DNA from: Candidatus Blackallbacteria bacterium
Lineage (GTDB): Bacteria > Cyanobacteriota > Sericytochromatia > UBA7694
NCBI GenBank assembly: GCA_051715345.1
Contig: JBPXJQ010000049.1
Coordinates: 20,015 to 84,014 of the forward strand
Direction: 5' to 3'
Length of the DNA stretch: 64,000 bases
Below are positions 34,492 to 44,077 of the stretch, one piece after another (the stretch's first letter is position 1; every line of letters begins with the position of its first letter). The position numbers and the translations under genes were made by a program. The notes beneath the pieces were generated by a model that was not told where the DNA came from, did not search any database, and was given only the letters and a program-made list of their open reading frames with translations.

Positions 34492-36441
34492 TCAGGTCAT
34501 AAACTCCCAGCCGCTGCGCCAGGCCTCGAGGCCTTCGCAGTACTCCTGAAAGCCATGGTAAAAACGGTGATTGGCCAAGGTGGCGCTGTCGCCAATTACC
34601 ACCAGTTTTTTGCGCGCGCGGGTCAGGGCCACATTCATGCGCCGGGTGTCTTTGAGAAAGCCCAATTCACCTTCGCCATTGGAGCGTACCAGCGAGATAT
34701 ACATGATATCCCGCTCTTGGCCTTGAAAGCCATCGACGGTATCCACACTGAAACTGCCCAGCTTCAACACGTGTGGATCTGTCCGTAAAAGATCTTTAAG
34801 CAGATTGACCTGCTGGCGATAGGGCGAAATGATTCCCAGACTGAGTTGGCTCAGATCCAGACCTGCAGACTGGAGGCCCACCAGCAATTGTGTCAGGTGG
34901 ATTTGTAAGAGGCCTGCTTCGCCCGGATTGCCCGTGCTTTTGCTTTCGGGGTTGAGCTCTTCTTCGTGACCACAGCCTGCGGTGTCGATAAACTCCAAAG
35001 GCCGGTTCAGCCAGGGATCGTCGCCCCCAAGATCAGGGCTGGGTTCATCACTGCCCAGGAGCGTGTGTTCGGCCACCGAAGCATGCGCCAAGAGCCGATC
35101 TTGGTAAAATTCATGGCTGGAAAAGCCCATGATTTGCTGATTCATGCGGTACTGGGTATCCAACAATGTTGCGGCTTCGGGCTGGGCCTCTGCACAAATT
35201 TCAAACAGGGTTTTGTTCAGGCCTCCGGCCAGGGCCTGGGGGGATTTGACCGTGGGGGGCAATTGGCAGTGATCCCCCGCCAGAATTACCCGTTTGGCTT
35301 TGAGAATCGGAATCAAGGTACCGCCCAACAGTGCCTGGGCCGCTTCGTCGATAAAGACCGTCTCAAATTTGCGCTTGTGCATAATCTCCTGCGAGGCTCC
35401 CACCAAGGTGCAGAGAATGACCCTGGCGCGGTCGAGAATATGTTCCAACATCTGGTTTTCCATCTCACGGGCCATTGCCAACATGCGTTTGACATCTGCC
35501 ATTTCTTCGCGGCGTTGGGCCCGTTCCGCTGGCCCAAAATTGCGCTTAAAACGCAGGGCCTTGCTGCGGGTGTCGCGGGCCTCGCGGCGCAAATTCTGGA
35601 GCACCTGAAAATTGGGGTGTTGGCTCAATTGTTCGTCGAGGGTATAGGGCAAGATTTTTTCTGACATGCGGGCAGGATGACCCAAGCGAACCACGGGCAG
35701 ACCTGATTCGGCCAATTTTTCGCAGAGCAAATCTGTGGCGGCATTGCTTGGGGCTGAAACCAATACCTGTTTTTCGTGTTGTAAGACAGCCTGAATGGCT
35801 GCAACCAGCGTGGTTGTTTTGCCGGTGCCCGGTGGGCCGTGAATCATGGCCAATTCCTGGGCCTGCAAGACCTGAGAGACAGCCCGGTTCTGGGAATCAT
35901 TTAAATGGGGCAAGGGCTGAAAGGGAAAGGCCAAAAATTTAACTGGCGCTTCGCCAAAGAGTTTTTCTCGCAAACTCAGAAGGGGTCCCTGTTGAATGCC
36001 TTTAAAAATCTCCACAGCCCGGCGCATCTCGCGGTAGGTCGTTTCGTCATAACAGAGATCGAGACCCAATTTGCCCTCGTCGAGCCAATCGGGCAATTCG
36101 TCGCGTTGCATCACCAATTTGAGGCTGTTGCGGCTCACATGCGTTGCCACGCCCGTTAAAGGCGCCTCTTGCGGGAAGGCCATGCTGAAGATCGCCAAAA
36201 TCTGCCCATTTTGAAAGAGGTGGTGTTGATCCAATTCACTTGTGCGCTCCAATTCCAGAATCAGCTTCTGGCCCAAGCCCAAATCTGTCTGTTTGAGCAC
36301 CACCGGATACCAGCAAATTCCTTGGGCCTTGCGGGTTTTTAAGGGGGTTTCCAAGACCTGGGTGCGGTAGAGTTCTTCTTCCGCTTTTTCTTCGAGCTTG
36401 AGCAATTGCAACCACTGTTCCAGCTGAGCTGAACTGTTCAC
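34492..36441 (-). CDS. Superfamily 1 Upf1/DNA2/IGHMBP2-like helicase (AAA_11/AAA_12)
   Basis: It has Walker A MIHGPPGTGKTTTLVAAI, motif II VFIDEAAQ and C-terminal motifs VDGFQGQERDIMYISLVRSN, TRARKKLVVIG. The start is placed at the GTG at 36441, preceded by GGAGA; the table ORF extends to 36588. Confidence 0.8.
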   Translation of the reverse strand: MNSSAQLEQWLQLLKLEEKAEEELYRTQVLETPLKTRKAQGICWYPVVLKQTDLGLGQKLILELERTSELDQHHLFQNGQILAIFSMAFPQEAPLTGVATHVSRNSLKLVMQRDELPDWLDEGKLGLDLCYDETTYREMRRAVEIFKGIQQGPLLSLREKLFGEAPVKFLAFPFQPLPHLNDSQNRAVSQVLQAQELAMIHGPPGTGKTTTLVAAIQAVLQHEKQVLVSAPSNAATDLLCEKLAESGLPVVRLGHPARMSEKILPYTLDEQLSQHPNFQVLQNLRREARDTRSKALRFKRNFGPAERAQRREEMADVKRMLAMAREMENQMLEHILDRARVILCTLVGASQEIMHKRKFETVFIDEAAQALLGGTLIPILKAKRVILAGDHCQLPPTVKSPQALAGGLNKTLFEICAEAQPEAATLLDTQYRMNQQIMGFSSHEFYQDRLLAHASVAEHTLLGSDEPSPDLGGDDPWLNRPLEFIDTAGCGHEEELNPESKSTGNPGEAGLLQIHLTQLLVGLQSAGLDLSQLSLGIISPYRQQVNLLKDLLRTDPHVLKLGSFSVDTVDGFQGQERDIMYISLVRSNGEGELGFLKDTRRMNVALTRARKKLVVIGDSATLANHRFYHGFQEYCEGLEAWRSGWEFMT

Positions 36442-36614
36442 ACCTTGTATCTCCCTGTTCTGAATGTTGCCCAGTATACCAGAGGCGAAGCGAAGAGAAA
36501 TTCCAATGTCGGATCTGACTTGTTGAATCGGGCGATTGCGTCTATGCTTAGGGAAGAATAAGAGCGAAAATTCAAGAATCAATCCCACTTAAATTCAAAG
36601 CAGGTATTGCTATT

Positions 36615-38255
36615 ATGGGTTCCATTGGTGGTTTAGGTTCTTCACCTATCATGCCGATTTCTCAAGTGTCGACCGCTCCCGATTCTGCCAACAAAGTTGC
36701 CCCCGTTCAGACGGTAACTGCGACCCAAGCCCCGTCCACTTCTTCTGTCACCCAGGCGCCCGAAAGCCAAGAAACAGCCCAATTGGTCAGAGCTGCCAAA
36801 ATAGGATCCGAGTCTGGCCCAACGGTTGAGGCAACCACTCAGCTTGGCACCGATCTTGAAAGCCAACCGATCACGGAGCCCAAGGGATTCCCGCTGACGC
36901 GCATGGATGGCTCCACTGCCAGCCCTGCACCGCTCACATCAGGCTATACCGCTTACGTGGTTCTTTCTGAACAACCAAAGGCAACGACAACCCGTCAATC
37001 TCAAACTGCGCCAAGCTATGAAGCTGTAACAATAACCCCAGAATCCAGTTATGCAAGCAGTTTGACACCCTCAGCCCCCAGTTCACAACCGACCTCACCC
37101 ACCCACAATACGGGGTACGCATCCAGCCTGTCGCAAACTTCCCCAAGCTCTGTTCAGGCTTCGCAGATTTCGCATTCTCCTTCGTCTGTCACCCCAACCC
37201 ATTCCTCCCCGTCAGACAGTCTGGCTCCTATCTCTCTGCCCAAAACCTACCACGGTGAAGATACCCGTGTGGCCTGGCGAGCGACCTTTGGCGCAGAAGA
37301 CCTGAAAACCTCGGATCCAGAAGAATACAAGCGAAGGGAGGATTTTGGAAAAAACAGTGCTCAAATTGTGACCGAGTACTTTAGCAAAGACCAGATCACT
37401 GAACATACCTTGACTCCCAAAGATGGCAAATTGGTTACCCATGACGGCCAGACGGCCTCCTCTGTCTCTAACCATTCTATTTATGCCATGAGCCCAGATG
37501 GCAAGATCGTTTCGCAACAGAGTAAACCCTTTCAGACCGTTATTAAAGATGCCGATGGCAACGAGATCCAAAAAAGAAATCTCCATCACTCCTCAATGCT
37601 GGCCGGCGGTGATGTGGCCCATGCTGGGCATATCGGAACGGATACCCAGGGCAAAGTCAATTATCTCGATGACGACAGTGGTCATTATCGCCCAGACGAA
37701 AAACACACCCACAACGCTTTCCAGCGCATGGCCAAAGACAAGATTGTCGATATCAACTCCACCAGCGGACGCGTCAAACTGGTCGATAAACAAACCCGCA
37801 AAGGCCTTGAGGAAAGAGACAAAGATGGCAAGACCATCGACAAGACGATCTCCGTACATTTCTCGGGTTATCAACAGTCCCAGGGAAATGAAAAAGGCAT
37901 TCGGGCCAAAGCGGATGTCATGAAAGAACTGCTCGCCAAAAAATCTGAAAGCGAAAAAAAACCATCGGTCCCTCTCACCGTCGTTTCAGTGGAGGGCTAT
38001 GAGTCTTATTCACAAAGCGATGCAAAACCCGTTCAGACATCCGTTCCCCAGGAACAAGTCTCATCAGATCAGCACAGCAGTTCATCTGTCAGTGCGACAC
38101 ATCCCTCTGCGCCAGTCACCTTTGTTTCCATGGAGGGCTATGAGTCTTATTCGCGCAGTGATGCAAAACCTCTTCAGACACCGCAGAACCCAGAGCCCTC
38201 ATCATCGGCTCCGCCAGAACAGCTCAGCAATCCGGTTCCTGAGCTTAAACCCTGA
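36615..38255 (+). CDS. Ser/Thr/Pro-rich hypothetical protein with His-rich central domain and C-terminal tandem repeats
   Basis: 546 aa with a low-complexity S/T/P/Q N-terminal 200 aa. The central domain has NLHHSSMLAGGDVAHAGHIGTDTQGKVNYLDDDSGHYRPDEKHTH. The C-terminus has repeated VVSVEGYESYSQSDAKPVQT / FVSMEGYESYSRSDAKPLQT. Confidence 0.5.
   Translation: MGSIGGLGSSPIMPISQVSTAPDSANKVAPVQTVTATQAPSTSSVTQAPESQETAQLVRAAKIGSESGPTVEATTQLGTDLESQPITEPKGFPLTRMDGSTASPAPLTSGYTAYVVLSEQPKATTTRQSQTAPSYEAVTITPESSYASSLTPSAPSSQPTSPTHNTGYASSLSQTSPSSVQASQISHSPSSVTPTHSSPSDSLAPISLPKTYHGEDTRVAWRATFGAEDLKTSDPEEYKRREDFGKNSAQIVTEYFSKDQITEHTLTPKDGKLVTHDGQTASSVSNHSIYAMSPDGKIVSQQSKPFQTVIKDADGNEIQKRNLHHSSMLAGGDVAHAGHIGTDTQGKVNYLDDDSGHYRPDEKHTHNAFQRMAKDKIVDINSTSGRVKLVDKQTRKGLEERDKDGKTIDKTISVHFSGYQQSQGNEKGIRAKADVMKELLAKKSESEKKPSVPLTVVSVEGYESYSQSDAKPVQTSVPQEQVSSDQHSSSSVSATHPSAPVTFVSMEGYESYSRSDAKPLQTPQNPEPSSSAPPEQLSNPVPELKP
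37991..38180. repeat. Two 49-bp direct repeats (37991-38039 and 38132-38180) inside the 3' end of the S/T-rich gene
   Basis: ggagggctatgagtcttattcacaaagcgatgcaaaacccgttcagaca vs ggagggctatgagtcttattcgcgcagtgatgcaaaacctcttcagaca. Confidence 0.85.
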
Positions 38256-38387
38256 TTTTCTCCTTTGCAAGTAGATATCAACTCACCACCGCGTGAAGGC
38301 CGGCTTCTGGCTTTCACGGTTTTTTCTCACTCCCAAGAGTGGGAACAACAAATTGCCAATCTTGGGCAATTGTAAGGAGAACAAGGC

Positions 38388-39374
38388 ATGGATCTCACCC
38401 AACTCTCACGCATCGAGAACAAAAAAGCGAAGCTTGGCCAAGAGCGCAGCCAAAACGCAAGTGCGGCATGCGATTTGGGTTTTCAATGCCTGGCAAATGC
38501 CTTTCAGCCAGAAAACAGGGTTCAATCACGCCAATTGCTGATCCAGGCCTATGATGCCTTTCAGCAGGCCCTTGAACAGCAGCGAACAAACCCCGAACCC
38601 TATGTCGGCCTCAGTTATCTGTTGATGTCGATGGAACAATACGACAATGCCCTGGTTTATCTCGAAGAAGCCAATCGCCTCTGCCCCAGCTATCCCAATC
38701 TTCAGGCCATGTTCCAGTCAATCACAGAAGCTCAGCAGAACAAATCCAAACTACGCCGTCAGCAGTCTGGGGCCGCAAAGGTAGACAGGTCAAAACCACC
38801 TGTTCCCCCATTCAAGCCCAGCGAACCCCAACAGATCGATTACGATGCGCTTTACGATCAGACCATGAACCTGATTGTCCAGCGGGTGCATAAGATCATG
38901 GGTGAAAACCGCCTGCCACCCCATCCGACCCTGAATAGCAATGAATTGGAATTGCTCTCAATTCAACGCAAAAACTGGCGCAAATGGCACAAAGAGGTTC
39001 AATCCAACCTCGACATCCTGGATCAGGAAATCGACGTTTCGCCGCTCCAATTACAGCTCAAACCCTTTGAGCTTCTCCTCAAACGCTATAGCGATTTCAT
39101 TGCTGCCTCCCAACTGCTCATCGAGCTCAAACTGCGTATTCGCGAGGAATCAGTGCTGGTGCTGGCACAAATCCGCGAAGGCCAAGGTGTCGTCGATCCC
39201 AGCGATGTTGCAATCCTGCAAGAAAACCTCGAATCGATCCTCGATCAATGCGATAAAATGGCCGATCAATTGGATCAGATTGAAGACCTGGGCTTTGACA
39301 ACAGCGTGGTGCTGGTCGATTACGAAAAGTTAATCCGCTGTGTTGAGGCCCTGCAGGAAGCGATCGACACCTAA
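38388..39374 (+). CDS. TPR-like/coiled-coil hypothetical protein (paralog of 26649..27578)
   Basis: 328 aa with an N-terminal TPR-like helix pair and a C-terminal coiled coil. It shows clear similarity to the other copy. Confidence 0.5.
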   Translation: MDLTQLSRIENKKAKLGQERSQNASAACDLGFQCLANAFQPENRVQSRQLLIQAYDAFQQALEQQRTNPEPYVGLSYLLMSMEQYDNALVYLEEANRLCPSYPNLQAMFQSITEAQQNKSKLRRQQSGAAKVDRSKPPVPPFKPSEPQQIDYDALYDQTMNLIVQRVHKIMGENRLPPHPTLNSNELELLSIQRKNWRKWHKEVQSNLDILDQEIDVSPLQLQLKPFELLLKRYSDFIAASQLLIELKLRIREESVLVLAQIREGQGVVDPSDVAILQENLESILDQCDKMADQLDQIEDLGFDNSVVLVDYEKLIRCVEALQEAIDT

Positions 39375-39476
39375 ACCTCAACCCCAACTCCGCCAAATGT
39401 GTCGAATGCACATCTCTCGCGCGCAAGCCTGTGTTAGGCTTAAATTAACCGCTGTACCTAGGTTTGGTCAAAAAAA

Positions 39477-39776
39477 ATGAAAAAAAAACACATCATGGTT
39501 GCCGCCGCTTTTCTCTATTTGGTTGGCAATCTCGTCAATTTAATCACCCAGGAATTTCGACTCCAGAAATACCATGCCCTGCTTGAACAAGACCTGCAAG
39601 TTGCAAAAAAAGAACAAGAGAGTCTCAAAGGTGCGATCAAACGTTTTGAGACCAAACAAGGGGTCGAAGAACTGGCCCGCAAACGTCTGGGATATTACCA
39701 AAACAACGAAGTGCCTGTACGTGTGATTGAATCCAACCCTGCTCAGGCCAGCGATCCGGCAATAAGCAGCCCTTGA
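39477..39776 (+). CDS. Septum formation initiator family protein (FtsB/DivIC-like)
   Basis: 99 aa with an N-terminal TM (VAAAFLYLVGNLVNLI), a coiled coil, and an EELARKRLGYYQNNEV C-terminal motif typical of FtsB/DivIC. Confidence 0.6.
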   Translation: MKKKHIMVAAAFLYLVGNLVNLITQEFRLQKYHALLEQDLQVAKKEQESLKGAIKRFETKQGVEELARKRLGYYQNNEVPVRVIESNPAQASDPAISSP

Positions 39777-39831
39777 TTCTGGCCAAGCAGTGGTATACTG
39801 AACCAGAGGCTATTGGCAGAAAGGGAGAAGC

Positions 39832-40668
39832 ATGGATACCCGCGAAATGATTCAGACCATGATTGGGTTTGGAGGCAAGTGGGAGAGCGAACACCGTTTT
39901 CGCGTTGATCCCCTGACCTACGGGTATCTCACCCCGATTGAAAAGGTAGAGATCGAATTTGGGGGCTTGGTGCTCAGTTCCAGTCCCCTGACCAACACTG
40001 AGTGGTGGCACCATTTGATGCCCGCCATGGGTTTGCCCCCGCATATCAAAGTCGATGAATCCGAAATTGAAGACGGCTTTGTTGAATTGAGTGCCGGCAA
40101 ATTGAGCCTGCTCGATGATGCAGAATTTATCGAAAATCACTTTATTCGTTTGTACACCTATCTCTCGCGCGCCATGTCGATGATCGAAAAAACCAATACG
40201 GTTTTGACCATGGGTATAGGCCTGGATTTAACCGGCTCTGTCATGCGCTTGCAATCCCGCGTTGTGACCGACCAAGATCTGTTTATTCGCAACTGTGAGG
40301 CCTTCAAAAAGCTGTACTCCAAAATCACGGATATTCATGGCAAAGTGGATACCTCCATTCTGCCCCAGCCCTCCGACTTCAATGGGCAGGATATCGAAGA
40401 CATTATCCGCGAGTCGAAGTTTTATGCCCTGATGGAAGCGGTTCGTTTGGAGAGCATGGATATTCTCTCGTACATCATGTCCAAAAAAGGTGGCCAAGTG
40501 GATGGCCTCGAATACCAATTGCCCAAAGAGCGCATGGTCTACCGCGTGCACCCCAACCGGATCGAGGCCCACCGCGCCGGCAATTATATGGGCATGATCG
40601 GCTTTGACAAAGGCATCAAGCAGATGCAGCAATTCTTTGCCACCACGCTCGGCGGCGGTCGCTGGTAA
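39832..40668 (+). CDS. Hypothetical protein
   Basis: It is a 278-aa ORF with no recognisable motifs. Codon usage is consistent with its neighbours. Confidence 0.4.
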   Translation: MDTREMIQTMIGFGGKWESEHRFRVDPLTYGYLTPIEKVEIEFGGLVLSSSPLTNTEWWHHLMPAMGLPPHIKVDESEIEDGFVELSAGKLSLLDDAEFIENHFIRLYTYLSRAMSMIEKTNTVLTMGIGLDLTGSVMRLQSRVVTDQDLFIRNCEAFKKLYSKITDIHGKVDTSILPQPSDFNGQDIEDIIRESKFYALMEAVRLESMDILSYIMSKKGGQVDGLEYQLPKERMVYRVHPNRIEAHRAGNYMGMIGFDKGIKQMQQFFATTLGGGRW

Positions 40669-40689
40669 ATCGCTAAAATAGAAACATCT

Positions 40690-41472
40690 ATGGAAACCTC
40701 TATGGAAACCCTTCAGACCCAACGCCCCGACGAATACAACCAAGCGCGCCTGATCATCACCCTCAACCGGGGCAAAGCCAACCCAATCAACATGCAAATG
40801 GTGACAGAGTTGCGCGCTGCTGTGAAAACACTGCGTGAAGACGAGACCCTCAAAGGCGGGATTTTAACCGGCCAACCCCGCTATTTCTCAGCCGGACTCG
40901 ATGTGGTTGAACTCTACGGTTACGACGAAGCCACGATGCGCGAATTTTGGGTTCAGTTTTCGGCCCTGATCGTCGATCTGGTCAGTCTGCCCAAACCACT
41001 CGTGGCCGCAATTTCTGGCCACAGTCCCGCTGGGGGCTGTGTCTTGGCCCTGTGCTGTGATCAGCGCCTGATGGCAGAAGGACCCTACCGGATTGGCTTA
41101 AACGAAGTTCCTGTGGGCATCGTTGTGCCCCCCACCATTTATTATCTCTATGCCGCAGTGATCGGTGAAGGCAAAGCCTACCACCACCTGCTCAATGGCT
41201 CATTGATGCTGCCCGAGGAGGCCCTGGCAGAAGGGCTGGTGCATCAGGTCTTGCCTGCTGAAGCGCTGATGGAAGTGGCCCAAGGCCGACTGACTCATTA
41301 TTTGGGCATGAACCCCACTGCCTGGGGGATCAGCAAAGGGCTGCTACACAAACAGCTCTTGGGCCAATTGCAAGGCGATTTTGAAGACCTCTTTGGCCCT
41401 GTGCTCAAACATTGGTGGGCGCCTGAGTTTCGTTCTCAGCTCGCAGCCATGATTCAAAAATTAAAAAAATAA
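40690..41472 (+). CDS. Enoyl-CoA hydratase/isomerase (crotonase) family protein
   Basis: 260 aa with the ...ITLNRGKANPINMQMVTEL...FSAGLDV... crotonase fold pattern. Confidence 0.7.
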   Translation: METSMETLQTQRPDEYNQARLIITLNRGKANPINMQMVTELRAAVKTLREDETLKGGILTGQPRYFSAGLDVVELYGYDEATMREFWVQFSALIVDLVSLPKPLVAAISGHSPAGGCVLALCCDQRLMAEGPYRIGLNEVPVGIVVPPTIYYLYAAVIGEGKAYHHLLNGSLMLPEEALAEGLVHQVLPAEALMEVAQGRLTHYLGMNPTAWGISKGLLHKQLLGQLQGDFEDLFGPVLKHWWAPEFRSQLAAMIQKLKK

Positions 41473-41499
41473 CCCGCTTTTGCTCTTGAAGGAGTCCCC

Positions 41500-43365
41500 A
41501 TGGTGTTAATACCCGGCAATATGCATGTCGAAAACGTGCCCGATCTCTATTACGAAACCGCCGACCGTGTGCGTCAATATTTACAGGTTCGCTCAGCCTG
41601 GTTCTGCGATTGGCACCCCGATGGCCAACGCATGTTGATCGCCACGCGCTTTGCCGACACGATGCAATTGCACCTGCTCGAACAACCCGGTGGTGCCCGC
41701 AAACAATTAACCTTTCTGCGTGAACCTGTCTCGAGTGGGGCTTTTTGCAGTGCCCCCGGAGAAAATGGCTTTCTCTACAGCATGGACCAAGGCGGCGGCG
41801 AAAATTACCAGCTCTTTTATTTCGACAAAGACAATGGTCAGCGCAAATGTCTGACCGATGGTCTCTCCAAAAATGGCTCTCCACTTTGGGCCCGTGGCAC
41901 AACGGCCTTTGCCTATAGCAGCACGGCCCGCAATGGCCGTGACCACGACATTCACCTCAGTGATATTAAACGGCCCGAAGCCTCTCGGCTGATCTGCCAA
42001 GTCCAGGGCCTCTGGGCGCCCCTGAGTTGGTCCCCGGATTCAAGCCAATTGCTGCTGCTCGACTATATCTCCGCCACCGAATCCTATCTGTATATTCTCG
42101 ATGTCGAAAGCGGCGAGACCAAATTGCTCTTTGCCAAAACAGGGCAAGCGGTGGCTTATGGCGATGCCTATTGGAGCCGCGACGGCAAAGGGATTTATTT
42201 TATTGCCGACCGCGATGGCGAGTTTCAACAGCTCTATTATGTTGATCTCGACACCCACAAAGTAGAGGCCCTGAGTCAACACATTCCTTGGAATATCACA
42301 GAGATCGAACTCTCTCCTGACGGCAATTTGCTGGCTGTGGTGGCCAACGAAGATGGGGTCAGCAAACTCTACCTCATGGACACCCAAAACAACCAAATGG
42401 AGCCGCTGGAAATGGGCATGGGCCTGATCTCCGGCCCCCGTTTCAGCCCCGATGGGCAGTCGCTGGCCTTTACCTTTAACCGGCCCCACAGCCCTGCGGA
42501 TATTTATACCTTGACTCTCGATAGTGGCGAAGTGATCCGCTGGACCGAGAGCGAAGTCGGGGGCTTAAACACCCGTCATTTTGCCACCCCTGAGCTGATC
42601 CGTTATAAATCCTTTGACGATCTCGAAATCCCGGCTTTTTATTATCGGCCCAAGCTCAATTCCGATCGCCCTCTGCCGGTTTTGATTCATATCCACGGCG
42701 GCCCCGAGAGCCAGTTTCAGCCCGGTTTTTCGTCGATGTTTCAGTATTGGATCAACGAATTGGATCTGGCTGTGATCGCGCCCAATGTGCGCGGTTCAAC
42801 GGGGTATGGCAAAACGTATATCAAGCTCGACAATGGCTATTTGCGGGAAGACTCCGTCAAAGACATTGGGGCTTTGCTCGATTGGATCGAACAACAGCCC
42901 GAACTCGACCAAAAGCGCGTTTGCGTCTATGGTGGTTCGTATGGTGGCTACATGGTGCTGGCCTCGCTGATTCACTATTCACACCGCTTGCGGGCTGGGA
43001 TCGATATCGTCGGTATCAGCAATTTTGTTACTTTTCTCAAAAACACCAAGGCCTACCGCCGCGACCTGCGCCGCGTCGAATATGGCGACGAACGCGACCC
43101 AGACATGTGCGCCTTTTTGGAGAAGATCTCCCCCACCACCAATGCCCACCAAATCAAGGTACCCCTGATGGTGGCCCAGGGTCTGAACGATCCGCGTGTG
43201 CCTGCCTCTGAGGCCGAGCAGATTGTCAAAACCGTGCGCGAAAATGGCAAAGAAGTCTGGTATATTCTGGCCAAAGACGAGGGCCACGGCTTTCAGAAAC
43301 AGGTCAATTTGGAATATTATTACACCGCTGTTTCCGAGTTCTTGGAGACCCATCTCCTGGATTGA
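41500..43365 (+). CDS. S9 family serine peptidase (prolyl oligopeptidase/acylaminoacyl-peptidase-like) with N-terminal beta-propeller
   Basis: 621 aa with a GGAG RBS. The N-terminus has WD40/TolB-like repeats. The C-terminal alpha/beta hydrolase has GGSYGGYM (GxSxG), Asp (LMVAQGLNDPRV) and His (DEGHGF) triad elements. Confidence 0.8.
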   Translation: MVLIPGNMHVENVPDLYYETADRVRQYLQVRSAWFCDWHPDGQRMLIATRFADTMQLHLLEQPGGARKQLTFLREPVSSGAFCSAPGENGFLYSMDQGGGENYQLFYFDKDNGQRKCLTDGLSKNGSPLWARGTTAFAYSSTARNGRDHDIHLSDIKRPEASRLICQVQGLWAPLSWSPDSSQLLLLDYISATESYLYILDVESGETKLLFAKTGQAVAYGDAYWSRDGKGIYFIADRDGEFQQLYYVDLDTHKVEALSQHIPWNITEIELSPDGNLLAVVANEDGVSKLYLMDTQNNQMEPLEMGMGLISGPRFSPDGQSLAFTFNRPHSPADIYTLTLDSGEVIRWTESEVGGLNTRHFATPELIRYKSFDDLEIPAFYYRPKLNSDRPLPVLIHIHGGPESQFQPGFSSMFQYWINELDLAVIAPNVRGSTGYGKTYIKLDNGYLREDSVKDIGALLDWIEQQPELDQKRVCVYGGSYGGYMVLASLIHYSHRLRAGIDIVGISNFVTFLKNTKAYRRDLRRVEYGDERDPDMCAFLEKISPTTNAHQIKVPLMVAQGLNDPRVPASEAEQIVKTVRENGKEVWYILAKDEGHGFQKQVNLEYYYTAVSEFLETHLLD

Positions 43366-43399
43366 GTCGAAAGGCTTAGTGCATCAATTAGTGTACCAA

Positions 43400-44065
43400 T
43401 TAGTGAACCAAAGGCACAAAGGCAATCTGGTCAATCCACTGCCCTGTGCCTGCGGTGTCAAAGACATAAAAAGACTGGGTCTGCCGCTGGCTGGCAGGCA
43501 AAACACTCAGGGCATGGCTCTTGTTTTTGGTGCGGCCCGAGTTTAAGCTGCGGTTGAGATCGAGGCCAAAGTGTTCACGGCGATAGGCAGGGCGTTTGTG
43601 AGACAGTTCCTGGTAAATTTCGCTGAGCAAGACCGGCTCTCCATCTGCGCTGCAGAGCAATTGGTATTGTTCAAAAAGGGCGTTCAAAAAGGCCGGGGGA
43701 TCACTTTTCCAGGCTGCAGCTTGGGCCAGATCTGCTGCAATTTGCATCTGTAAACCGTCCATGGTTAAGGGATCCAGCGCCGTATGAGAACGGGCGTTCA
43801 TAATACGGCAAAAGCCTTTGTTTTTGAGGCTCAGTGTGACCTCTACTTGGTTTTGCACAAAGAAGCGCGGGTATTCACCACTGAGTTTCCACTTTTTTAA
43901 TTCACAGGCCTTGCGCAAAAGAAAGAGTTCGGGATTTTGGCCCTGTTCCATTTCCAGGTCCAGGCCGTCAAAGCCCAGGAGATTGTGAATCAGGTCTTGC
44001 GACTGGGCATAGGGTATCTCCTGATCTTCAGGATGATCAACGGCTTGAAAAATTAAATGGTGCAT
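43400..44065 (-). CDS. Hypothetical protein
   Basis: It is a 221-aa ORF convergent with the S9 peptidase. No motif recognised. Confidence 0.4.
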   Translation of the reverse strand: MHHLIFQAVDHPEDQEIPYAQSQDLIHNLLGFDGLDLEMEQGQNPELFLLRKACELKKWKLSGEYPRFFVQNQVEVTLSLKNKGFCRIMNARSHTALDPLTMDGLQMQIAADLAQAAAWKSDPPAFLNALFEQYQLLCSADGEPVLLSEIYQELSHKRPAYRREHFGLDLNRSLNSGRTKNKSHALSVLPASQRQTQSFYVFDTAGTGQWIDQIAFVPLVH

Positions 44066-44077
44066 ATGGTCTCCCCC

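Noticed and set aside
36615-38255. Calling the S/T-rich His-core protein a type III/IV effector or polymorphic toxin
   Set aside because: The call rested only on a vague resemblance of the HxxxxxxGGDxxHxGH block. There is no secretion-system context and no recognisable toxin domain.
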